From Paragordius varius (lineage: Eukaryota; Animalia; Nematomorpha): DNA of 64,000 nucleotides. Under the pieces are notes generated by a model, which worked only from the letters and a program-made list of their open reading frames with translations, did no database searches and was not told where the DNA came from. The stretch's first letter is position 1; every line of letters begins with the position of its first letter. Both the position numbers and the translations under genes were made by a program. Of the stretch, positions 22,882 through 34,841 are shown one piece after another. The stretch spans positions 3,038,001 through 3,102,000 of the forward strand of contig OZ176057.1 in NCBI GenBank assembly GCA_964247055.1, in the 5' to 3' direction.

Positions 22882-25356
22882 TATTTTCCCAGTCTAAATA
22901 AACGTTTTCCCAGTCAATCGAAACATTTTTCCAGTCAATCGAAACGTTTTCCCAGTCAATCGGAACGTTTTCCCAGTCAATAAAAACGGTTTCCCAGTCA
23001 ATCGAAACGTTTTCTCAGTCAATCGAAACGTTTTCCCAGTCAATAAAAACGGTTTTATTTTTGATAATAAATATCAAAACGAGATACAAAAATAACTTTT
23101 AACCATTATCAGCGTAATATTAAGATATTATTTTGCAAAAAAACACAATTATTATGAATGACAATTTTTCCTATATATTCCACTACACAATCTTTAACTT
23201 ATCTATGAAAGCTATATTTTATTAGCTGGATGAGTATTTGATGGTTTTTGAGATATTTTTTGAAAATTAATAATTTAATTATCAATCGTTCGCATTAATC
23301 GGGGCTAACCTAAATTATCTAAAGATTAGGATTGAATTATAAAATTTAAATGTATTTTCAACTCTTTACAATCAAAAAGGAAACCTTTCAACTTTGTCCT
23401 TGATTAAAATACTGTTTTAAAAAATAATTATACGATGAAAAAGTTGATTTTAATGAAAAAATATATTGGATAAAATACAAATACATAATATTATGGTACG
23501 CAAGTTTATGTTAATTTGAGATGATTATGTATGAAATTTTTATGTTTAAGGGCTACCTGAAATGCAAATTATATAATCTGATTACTTATATACAATGTAG
23601 CGATTAAATTTTAGATAACGAGTTGTTAACCTTTTCTGTGACTATCTGGTGTGCAATATTGTATATAAAAATATTATACCATTATTTTCTCGTCTGCTTT
23701 TAATTTATTGGATAAAAATCTTACGTTGAGATATCAATAATTTTTTATTTTGCATACATCAAATTATCTATATAAGGTTCATTTTTTAGTAATGTCAGAA
23801 ACAAAAATCAAGAAAAAATTAGTTATATCTCAACAAGATAGGAAGCGATTAGTAAAACGAGTTTTTTTTGATAGAGAATGGACTGTGGATGTATCAAAGG
23901 ATTTAGATATAAACTATAATACTGCTCATCAAATTATGTATAAATATAAAAAAACAATAAAAAATTCTAACTCGTGGAGGCACTAAAAACAAAAAAATTA
24001 CGGAAGATATTATGCATTTCATAGATAATAAACTAACTTATCAGCCGTCATTAACAATTAACCAGTTAAAAAAATTTTTGGAAGATGAAAAAAATAAAAT
24101 TATCTAAATCCTCTATAGACCGAGTAATCAAATCTTTAAAAATAACTTTGAAGTTAGCCCATCATCTTAACGAAAAAGTCAATGATCCTCAAATAATAGA
24201 TTTAAGGAAAAAATACGCAATATGGTTTTCACAATCTTTCTCCGATTACTTAACAAATATTATTTATTTGGATGAATACGGTTATAATAACCATATTAGA
24301 AGAAGCCAAGGTCGATCCAAAAGTGGCACGAGAGCCAATATTGTGGTGCCTAGCGTAAAAGGCAAAAACATCACTTTTATTGGAGCTCTGTCATTAAGAG
24401 GTATGGTTTATTACGAAATAGAAAGCCAAAGAACAGTCAATTCCCAACGCTTTACAAGTTTTTTTGATGGACTTTGTGAATATTTAAAGCGGGACGATAT
24501 TCAATATCATTTTATTATGGACAATGCACGCATTCATGAAAAAAATGAATTAAAAGGTAGAGCCGATTTATACAAATACAAAATTGATTTTTTTTCCCCG
24601 TACAGTTATATGTTGAACCCAATCGAAATGGCATTTTCAAAAATGAAAAATTTTGTCCGACAAAATATTATATTAAATAATATGAATGCGAATGTGGAAT
24701 TAGTGAATCTGATAAAATTGGCAGCGGGCTCCATAACATTGGAGGATAGTAAAAATTATTTTGAAAAGATAATGACAAATATGGTAAAGGTGGCAGCCGG
24801 TTTACCTTATATGTGATCTTTTTATAACATATACAATAAATGAAAATCATTTTTTAATATATTATCTCAATTTGTCTCTCTAATAAAATCAAACAAGGAT
24901 TGATTTATTCAGGTATATTTGTACAGTAATAGTTCAACTTTTTAAAAATTAAGTCATTAAAGATTCTGTAGTGGAATATATAGGAAAAATTGTCATTCAA
25001 TAATTGTGTTTTTTTGCAAAATAATATCTTAATATTACGCTGATAATGGTTAAAAGTTATTTTTGTATCTTTTTTTGATATTTATTATCAACAATAAAAC
25101 CGTTTTTATTGATTGGGAAAACGTTTCGATTGACTGAGAAAACGTTTCGATTGACTGGGAAACCGTTTTTATTGACTGGGAAAACGTTCCGATTGACTGG
25201 GAAAACGTTTCGATTGACTGGGAAAATGTTTCGATTGACTGGGAAAACGTTTCGATTGACTGGGAAAATGTTTCGATTGACTGGGAAAACGTTTCGATTG
25301 ACTGGGAAAATGTTTCGATTGACTGGAAAAACGTTTATTTAGACTGGGAAATGGTA
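22882..25356 (+). mobile_element. Candidate autonomous IS630-Tc1-mariner element with long TIRs containing 21-bp arrays
   Basis: Left arm ~22882-23300 and right arm ~24950-25356 are reverse complements and flank a transposase. Right end gactgggaaatggta|ta is canonical; left end is altered (ttttattttccc instead of tataccatttccc). Confidence 0.8.
23792..24816 (+). pseudogene. DD34E (IS630/Tc1-like) transposase with two frameshifts
   Basis: HTH-like N-terminus MSETKIKKK...VSKDLDINYNTAHQI, then RGGTKNKKIT (frame change at ~23960) and KIKLSKSSIDR (frame change at ~24090). Catalytic YLDE...MDNARIH...PYSYMLNPIE, with 34 residues counted between the second D and the E. Both shifts lie in A-runs. Confidence 0.88.
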
Positions 25357-25405
25357 TATATCAATACCCATATTATTGGAATTAAAAATTTACCATTCGA
25401 AAGTA

Positions 25406-26843
25406 TACCATTTCCCACTCTAAATAAACGTTTTCCCAGTCAATCGAAACATTTTCCCAATCAATCGAAACATTTTCCAAGTCAATCGAAACGTTTTCCC
25501 AGTCAATCGAAACATTTTCCCAGTCAATCGAAACGTTTTCCCAGTCAATCGAAACATTTTCCCAGTCAATAAAAACATTTTCCCAATCAATAAAAACGTT
25601 TTCCCAGTCAATAAAAACGGTTTTATTTATGATAAATATAACAAGAATGTAAAAACAACTTTTAACCATTATTAGCGTAATATATGGGAATAATTTTTAA
25701 TTAAAAACACAAGAATGACAATTTTTCCAAGTATCCAGTGCACAATTATTAATGACTATTCTTTAAATGTTATATTTTTGGAATTTGAGTTAATATAATA
25801 TTTTTTATTTTATCGATGGTTCGTATTAATATATGCGGAACGCTTCAAATAGTTTTTAAATAAGTCCGGTTTGTCGATAAAAATACTGTCGGAAACATCT
25901 GAACGAAAATATTTTTTGATAAAAATCTTTTTGATTTATAAATATTTAATAAAAGGGATATTTAACTAAAACAAGGGTGTAACTAAATGCCTTCGCGGGC
26001 CGCATTTTAAGTCAAAAAGCACACGGTTCCCCATTTAAAATATATAGAGGCATTCACATAATTTTTCGATTAATAAAATTAAATACAAACACAATATAAA
26101 AAATTTTTAATTCATTACCAATTTAATAGATTCATTCATAATAATTGCGTAAGAAATATGAATATTACTAAGATTTTGTGGGCATATCTTTGCATATGGT
26201 TTTCCAAATTTTTTGCGGCCCGCACAAAGATACTCGGAAGGCCGCCTTAGGCCCCCAACCAAATGTTAAATATTATAAAATTAGCGTAAAATTTATGTTT
26301 AAGATCTAATATAAGTGTTAAATGACCTTTGTGATAAAAATGGTGTATTTTTAAAAATTTTATTAATTCCTCCCTAACCATAGAGTTTTTATGTTAGCCG
26401 CATATATTAATGCGAACCATCTAAAATAAAAAATATTATCTCAACTCAAATTTCAAAAATATAACATTAAAAGAATAAGTCATTAATAATTGTGCACTGG
26501 AATATACTTGGAAAAATTGTCATTCAATAATTGCGTTTTTAATTAAAAATTATCTCCATATATTACGCTAATGATGGTTAAAAGTTGTTTTTATATCCTT
26601 GTTTTGATATTTATCATTAAAAATAAAACCGTTTTTATTGACTGGGAAAACGTTTTTATTGATTGGAAAAATGTTTTTATTGGCTGGGAAAAGGTTTCGA
26701 TTGACTGGGAAAACGTTTCGATTGACTGAGAAAATGTTTCGATTGACTGGGAAAACGTTTCGATTGACTGGGAAAATGTTTCGATTGATTGGGAAAATGT
26801 TTCGATTGACTGGGAAAACGTTTATTTAGACTGGGAAATGGTA
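25406..26843. mobile_element. Non-autonomous TACCAT family-1 element
   Basis: TA|TACCATTTCCC...GGGAAATGGTA|TA with TA TSD, 21-bp arrays in both arms, and a core carrying a hAT-MITE relic. Confidence 0.9.
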
Positions 26844-26867
26844 TATTTTAAATTGCATTACAAATAT

Positions 26868-28207
26868 ACCATTTCCCAGTCTAAATAAACGTTTTCCCAG
26901 TCAATCGAAACATTTTCCCAGTCAATCGAAACGTTTTCCCAGTCAAACAAAACGTTTTCCCAGTCAATCAAAACATTTTCCCAGTCAATCGAAACGTTTT
27001 CCCAGTCAATCGAAACATTTTCCCAGTCAATAAAAACATTTTCCCAATCAATAAAAACGTTTTCCCAGTCAATAAAAACGGTTTTATTTTTGATGATAAA
27101 TATCAAAACAAGACATAAAAGTAGCTTTTAACCATTATCAGCGTAATATTAGGGTATTATTTTTCATGAAAAAACAATTATTGAATGACAATTTTTCCTA
27201 GTATATTCCAGTGGACAATCATTAATGACTTATTCTTTAAAAGTATCTTTTGTAATTTGAGTTGTTTTTAAGATAATATTTTTTATTTTATTGATGGTTC
27301 GCATTAATATATGCCGAACGCTTTAAAATACTTTTTAAATATGACAAGTTTTTCCATAAAAATACTGTCAGAAAAAATATCTAAATTTAAAAATATTTAA
27401 TAAGATATTTGACTAAATCAGGGGTGTCCAACCAAATGGCTTCGCGGGCATTACTCAAAAAGCACGGCGTTCCGCATCCGATATATTTCAGAAATAATTT
27501 TTTGATTAGACATAAGACTGTAAAATACAAAAATTTAACAATTTTTTTTAATTTGTTACCAATTTAATAGACTCAATCACAGTAATTGCGTAAGAAATAT
27601 AAAAATTACTAAGATTTTGTGGGCATATTTTTGCATATGGATTTCTAGATTTTTTGTAAGCCGCACAAAGATACTCGGCACGCCGCGTTAGGCACCCGAA
27701 AACCAAATAACAAATATTATAAAATTAGGGTAAAATTTATGTTTAAGATCCAATATGAAGTGCTAAATAATTGAGATAAAAATGGTATATTATTTTTAAA
27801 TTTTATTATTTCATCCGTAACTATAGATTTTGTAAGCCGCAAATAATGCCATCAATAAAAAAATATTATCTTCATCTCGAATTCCAATAATATAACTTTT
27901 AAAGATTAAGTCTTTAATGATTGTGTATGGAAGATAATTGGAAAATTGTCATTCAATAATTGTGTTTTTATAAAAAATAATATCCTAATATTACGCTGAT
28001 AATGGTTAAAAGTTACTTTTATGTCTTGTTTTGATATTTATCATTAAAAATAAAACCGTTTTTATTGACTGAGAAAACGTTTTTATTGATTGAGAAAATG
28101 TTTTTATTGACTGGGAAAATGTTTCGATTGACTGGGAAAACGTTTCGATTGACTGGGAAAATGTTTCGATTGACTGGGAAAACGTTTATTTAGACTGGGA
28201 AATGGTA
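26868..28207. mobile_element. Non-autonomous TACCAT family-1 element
   Basis: TA TSD at 26866-26867 and 28208-28209. Core contains caggggtgtccaac at ~27419. Confidence 0.9.
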
Positions 28208-28236
28208 TATCAAATCTAGGCGAAACAGACAGCTTT

Positions 28237-29630
28237 TATTTTCCCAGTCTAAATAAACGTTTTCCCAGTCAATCGAAACATTTTCCCAATCCATCGAAAC
28301 GTTTTCCCAGTCAATCGAAACGTTTTCCCAGTCAATCGAAACGTTTTCCCAGTCAATCGAAACATTTTACCAGTCAATAAAAACATTTTCAATAAAAACG
28401 TTTTCCCAGTCAATAAAAACGGTTTTATTTTTGATGATAAATATCAAAACAAGAATATAAAAACAATTTTTAACCATTATTAGCGTAATATATGGAGATA
28501 ATTTTTAACTAAAAACACAATTATTGAATGACAATTCCAAGTGTATTCCAGTGCACAATCATTAATGACTTATTCTTTAAATGTTATATTTTTGGAATTT
28601 GAGTTTAGATAATATTTTTTATTTTATCGATGGTTCGCATTAATATATGCGGTTAACTTAAAAAATCTATAGTTACGGAGGAATTAATAAAATTTATAAA
28701 AATATACCATTTTTATCACAAAGGTCATTTAACACTTTATATTGGATCTTAAACATAAATTTTACGCTAATTTTATAATATTTAACATAGTTGGAGGCGT
28801 AAGGCGGCCTTCAGAGTATCTTTGTGCGGGCCGCAAAAAATTTGTAAAACCATATGCAAAATGCCCACAAAATCTTAATATTCATATTTCTTACGCAATT
28901 ATTATAAAAGAATCTATTAAATTGGTGATGAATTATTTATGTTTGTATTTTACATATTAATCGAAAAATTATATGAATGTCAGTATATATTTTAAACGGG
29001 GAACCGTGTGCTTTTTTAGTTAAAAATGCGGCCCGCGATTTAGTTACACCCTTGTTTTAATCAAATATTCTTTTTATTAAATATTTTTAAATCAAAAACA
29101 TTTTTATGAAAAAATATTTCGTTTAGATATCTTTTCCGACAGTATTTTTATCGACAAACCGGACATATTAAAAACTATTTGAAGCGTTCCGCATATTATA
29201 ATGCGAACCATCGATAAAAAAAATATTATCTTAACTTAAATTCCAAAAATATAACATTTGAAGAATAAGTCATTAATGATTGTGCACTGGAATTACTTGG
29301 AAAATGGTCATTCAATGATTGTGTTTTTATAAAAAAATAATATCCTAATATTACGCTGTTAATGGCTGAAAGTTATTTTTATGTCTTGTTTTGATATTTA
29401 TCATCAAAAATAAAACCGTTTTTATTGACTGGGAAAACGTTTTTATTGATTGGGAAAATGTTTTTATTGACTGGGAAAACGTTTCGATAGACTGGGAAGG
29501 TGTTTCGATTGACTGGGAAAACGTTTCGATTGACTGGAAAAACGTTTCGATTGACTGGGAAAACGTTTCGATTGATTGGGAAAATGTTTCGATTGACTGG
29601 GAAAACGTTTATTTAGACTGAAAAATGGTA
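28237..29630. mobile_element. Non-autonomous TACCAT family-1 element, core inverted, altered left end
   Basis: Same altered left junction (ggcgaaacagac.gcttttattttcccagtc) as the 22882 element. Core is the reverse complement of the 25406 core. Right end aaatggta|ta. Confidence 0.85.
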
Positions 29631-29845
29631 TATATTTAAAATTGCATGCTGAACACAGTTCAGCAGGATTTAACAGGGGGTAGGTTTAAGTTGTCTTCTG
29701 TCAAAAACTTCATCAATTTCTCGAACAGAATTCATTGTCATATATTCTATATTTGTGCTTTCATCAATGGCATACTTAAAAATTTAAATTTAATTTGTCC
29801 TGCATTTCATCACATTTTTTTACTAATATTAGTATGATTTTACAT

Positions 29846-31064
29846 TAGCAATATTATAATATTTATACTAGTTATTTTGTTATTTATAAGAAAAATCAAC
29901 ATCTATATATATTTCTATATTTCATTAATTTATTTGATACTTATCTTGATATATATGTGGCTCTTCTGATTTTTGAGTTAATAAATGTGACTCTTCAAGC
30001 CATTTGTGTTGGAAACCCCTGTGCTAGATTATGATATAGAAAAGAGAATTTTTTATATATGTTTACTTTTCTCCATAATTTAAATTTTGACAAAACATTG
30101 TTGAAGCATACTATGCTATATTATGACATGGTGGACGAAACTGCATAAAATGTTGTTTGATATAATGAAAACTTGCTTTCTCGCGCTCGGTGTACTCTTT
30201 GAATTTAAAAAAAATTAAACCGTGAGCGGGACGAAATGTGGCCCGTCATAAACAGACACACGTGAAAAAAAACGATTACACACGTGAAAAAAAACGATTC
30301 ACATCCTTGAAAACTACTGTTTGCTTAGCAAATTCATCAGTAAATAAAAAATATTGATATTAGTTTCTGAACGAAGAGTTCGACTTAAATAAATATGAAA
30401 GTTTATAAAAGCAATATTCACACTGCATTCGAATGCATGGCCCGACGGAAGTACCTTGCGCCGAAAAAGAGTGGCAATCCATAGGAAAATTATAGATATT
30501 GTCACAAAAGTTAAATATAAATGTTTACCCTTATTTTGATCAAAAATCTTAATTTTTTAGGGCAACTAAAAAATTATACGAAAGGAATGGGGAATGTGAA
30601 TCGTTTTTTTCACGTGTTTCTGTTTATGACGGGCCACATTTCGTCCCGGTCACGGTTTAAATTTTTTTGAATGCAAAGGGTTGCATGGAGGAGGAGGCGT
30701 CATCACAGATTCATAGACCGAGCGCGAGAAAGCAAGCTACGCTGTAATTGTATAAAGGTGTCATATATCAAACAACATTATATGCAGTTTCGTCCACCAT
30801 GTTATAAAATAGCATAGTAGGCTTCAACAATGTTTTTCCAAAATTTAAATTATGGAGAAAAGTAAACATTAAAATTTCTCTTTTTTTATATCATAATCTA
30901 GCACAGGGGTTTCCAATACAATTAAAGAGCCACATTTTTTAACTCAAAAATCCGAAGATTCACATTGATTAATATATATCAAGACATAGGTATCAAATAA
31001 ATTTATTATATAAACATATATAGAAGATTTAACAAAATAACTAGTTAAAATATTATAATACTAG
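29846..31064. repeat. ~1.2 kb foldback with ~460 bp inverted arms and a ~280 bp spacer
   Basis: ggaaacccctgtgctagattatgatata (30011) pairs with tatatcataatctagcacaggggtttcc (~30888). gacgaaatgtggcccgtcataaacag (30230) pairs with ctgtttatgacgggccacatttcgtc (~30620). Confidence 0.85.
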
Positions 31065-31339
31065 CTGGCCATAATTATTCTTAATAATATGCAATAAATA
31101 GAGGTAATGGAAATAAAAAATAATAAAAAACATATTTAATAAGAATGTTTTTAATTATTCTCTCACGGGTTTTTGCATAGGCTCAAATATTGTTTACTCG
31201 AAATTGACCATATATATCATTATTAAAATTAAAATTCAACTATCATTGGATTTTGGTTAATATTGCTTTACGAAATCCTGGTTAAAAGTTTCATTTTTGT
31301 GTTCACACAGCTGGGATCAAGACATAGTAAAAATTCCCC

Positions 31340-32700
31340 AGATATGTGTTTAACTGAACTCGTATGGGTTCTTATGTTTTTTGAAAGTTAGCTCCAAAAC
31401 CACGCCATTCTCGTATGGCATCTTAGTTTTAAACCGGTAGACCCCTACCCATAGACCTATATGGAAAAAGCGCTGATATAAACTTTCTACCTTTATAGGG
31501 CAAATATTTGGAATCATCTTTGATACCATCGCCTCATGGATTATTCAAAAAAATACCTTAACACTAAATAATCGTTATAGTATGGCGTATTTTTAGGACA
31601 TAAAGGCCCCAAATTAACGGCCAATAAAAAACGTCTGACCTTTTTACCTAGTTACGGGTAATATTTCAAGCTTTAAATGAGCTCATATGGATGCATAAAT
31701 TTTCCGTAAATTAGCTCCAAAACAACGCAACTTCTATATATTTGCGCAGTTTTTGGCTGGTGGCTCCTTACCCAGCGGCAGGTGTAAAAAGCGTTGAACA
31801 TTTGCTTTTATATGAAGAATATCTGGAATTATCATGGGTTTCATATGTTCCTATTAGACTCATGTGTTTTCTGAAATTTGGCTTCAAAAGCATGTTGTAT
31901 CGATATGGTAACGCAGTTCTGCGCGGGTAGCCCCCTAACCAGGAGAGAAACAAAATTACGGTTGATTAAAATTTTTGCCTTAAATACCTGGAATAATGAT
32001 TGATTCCATATGCTCTCGTGGGATTTTCGAAATGTTATTTGTACTTAAGAGTTTGGAGAAATGGTTTCAAAATCAAATAATAGTTAAATGATAGCGCATT
32101 TTTTAGGGCGTAAAATGCCTAATTAACGGCTAATTAAAAAACCGCTTGACTTCTTTTACGGGTAATATTTCAGGCCCTTTTAAACTCATATGGCCTGATA
32201 TTTTAAAAATTAACTCCTAAACAATGCAATTTCCATATGGTGGCGCAGTTTTAGGCGAGCTCCCTACTAGGAGGCTGATACAAATATGCACTTGATTAAA
32301 ATTTTCGCCTTTTTACGGAGAATACCTGGAATTATGATTGATTCCAAATGCTTTCATTTGTTTTTAGAAAAATATGCTCAAAACTGAAAAATCATTCTAT
32401 GGTTGCTCACTTTTAAGGACGTGAAGGGCCTAATTAACGGCTAATTGAAAAACCAGGCGACCTAAATTTTTGCCTTGTTATGGGTATTTTTTAAACACCT
32501 ATTGAACTCATATGGCCTAATAGGTTTTCTGAAATTTAGCCCCAAAGGCACGCTATTTCGATATGACAGGGCAGTTGTTAGCGGGTATCTCCTTACCCAG
32601 CGACCAATATAAAAAAACGCACGACACAAATTTTTGCCTTTTAACAGGACCTTGGGAAATAGATTCACAAAACTATTCTTATGGACTTTTTGAAAAAATG
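31340..32700. repeat. Diverged tandem array, ~325 bp unit, about 4.5 copies
   Basis: Marker ttagctccaaaac-like motif at 31388, 31711, 31878, 32210 and 32536 (spacings 323, 167, 332, 326). aattaacggc at ~31612, 32121 and 32431. Confidence 0.75.
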
Positions 32701-34841
32701 GCCTTTTACGGCGAGAGCGGGCAAAAAGGGGCCTAAATTAAAAAAGCGAGCCGACTATGTTCGGCGCAATCAAAAAAAAAAGTAAATAATCATAATCGAA
32801 ATCGAATGATCCAATATGTTTTCCGGAAAATTGTCTCAAAGACACGATTTTTGTGGACTTTTGTTTTGAAAAAAACCCGTTTTTCACAGGGAAGGGGGCC
32901 TTAACTGGGGGCCTAATTTAAAAAAGGGCTAAGATTTTGTCGGGGTATTCATTAATGATTATATTTTTCGACATTTACATTTGAATAGGTCTACCGGTTT
33001 CCGGAAACAGATCACAAAGCCAGCATTTTCTATAAATATATAGATGATATGAAAATATACCTATGATGTTTTTGTTTTGACAATAAATGATAAGAAATTT
33101 ATTCATACTTTTGTGATAAAAGACCAGAAAATACACATATTTAGATCTTCCCCCTTCTTAAACAAACTAGTTCTTATAAAACGCTAAAATGCAGAAAATT
33201 AAGCGATAACCTATTTAATATATGCTTAGTTTTGACATAAAAATTAATACTTTGCAAATATATTTTAGCAAAATTTTATTGATTCGTACGACAAACTATT
33301 TTGAGGTATACGGTATAAGAGCGCTTTAACAACTAAAAAACACTTCCATATAGTTTGATATAAATTTCATAAATACAATGCTAATTCTCTCAATTTTAAT
33401 ATTTATATGTATATTGTCATATTTTTTTGCAATGAAAGATTCAGTTTATATTAAAAATAATTGTTAATAAATGTGCACTTATCTGATATGGATCAATTAA
33501 TGCAAAAGTGGTAATATCTTCTAACTTTCGTAAGGGTCTAAACGAAGAGCACTCTGATGCTACTGATAAATTATCCTCTCAGATATACCGGGATATCTTA
33601 GTGTTGGATGCAGTGTATATATTATCCATTTTAAAAATTTGCATTTAGTAAAATGAAGAAAGATGAAAAAATCATGCAAAATGACTTGATACTTCTTATT
33701 TTTATGGTTGAAAATAAAGGCTAAAATGTTTACTATTAATCCTTGTTAAAATATTTTTAGTTAATATCAAAATCTAGAATGTATTAAAATTTTTATCTAA
33801 ATTCGGCATAGCGTTTATAGGAAAAATCCATTTTAGAAAAAAAAATTTAATTTTCGCAGTCTGCATCCAAAAATGAAAATTTTACAAAAACATTGTGTTG
33901 CTTATTTATATGGTTATATATTTCAGTTATATTTTTTGGAATTTTTTGGTTTCACCAAAACTTTCATCCAAAATGTCTTATCTGATATGGAGCCTTTCCT
34001 TAAAAGTAAAAATAGCTTCCTTAACATACACATAAGAGCCAAAACTGAAGGCAGCACAATATTTTTAATTTTTATCAGAATACATACATTTCATCAGGAT
34101 ATTTCTTGTAGACACTGTATATTTTAAAAACATAAGTATTAATTTTAGATTTTGAAGTACGAATTCGCTGTTTTTTCTAAATGAACTTAAGTAACGCCGA
34201 AGTAACTTGTAAAAATTCTTTAAAACCAAAAGTTATATGTTGGATATGTATGGTATATTATTTTTTTATTGAGACAAAATAAAAGTCTCAATCGAGACCC
34301 CCTTTTTTGTTAACTTTTAATTACTATCAAATTTATGACGCTATTCTGTTCTACTTAAATCAAAGGTGTTTTATATTATTCATTTACTAATACAATAATA
34401 CCATATATATAAATACAATTTACAAAATCAGTGTTAACATTGAATTGAGATTATACAAAAATTTTAAATATTAAATATATTATTGAAAAAAATTATCTAT
34501 TAATTTTTATATGTTTAATAAAAATATATAAAAACTCATTCCTTTTGGGTTTTTTTCTAGCCTGTATATCTTTAAAAGGTATTAGGCCAAATTTAATAGG
34601 CATTTTTTTACTTTTTGAATGAAGAAAAAAAATTTAATTATATAAAATCCTCCTCACTTTAAATCGCTTATGCAAGCAAAAAAATGTATTTTATGTTGGA
34701 AAATCTTAAAAATCAAGTGTTTGAGTTTTTAAGTTTAATTTTTCAGCAAAAACTTGATATTTATAGATTATAGTGGGGGAAATATTAAAATATTATTTTC
34801 ATAGCACCCCTATTTTTAAAAACACATGATTATAGTTTAGT

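Noticed and set aside
25109-29621. Track ORFs with LTGKTFR, DWENVSI and SQSKHFP heptad repeats (also 12412, 14888, 54083)
   Set aside because: Translations of the 21-bp TIR array, open in several frames on both strands; not proteins.
22895-29630. CRISPR-like appearance of repeated 21-mers and short unique spacers
   Set aside because: The 21-mers abut without spacers, the context is eukaryotic, there are no cas genes, and the inter-element spacers are pieces of one duplicated target site.
33490-33610. Open stretch ...LNEEHSDATDKLSSQIYRDILVLDA, faintly like a beta-1,3-glycosyltransferase motif
   Set aside because: No compatible neighbouring exons could be assembled, and the similarity is too short to support a call.
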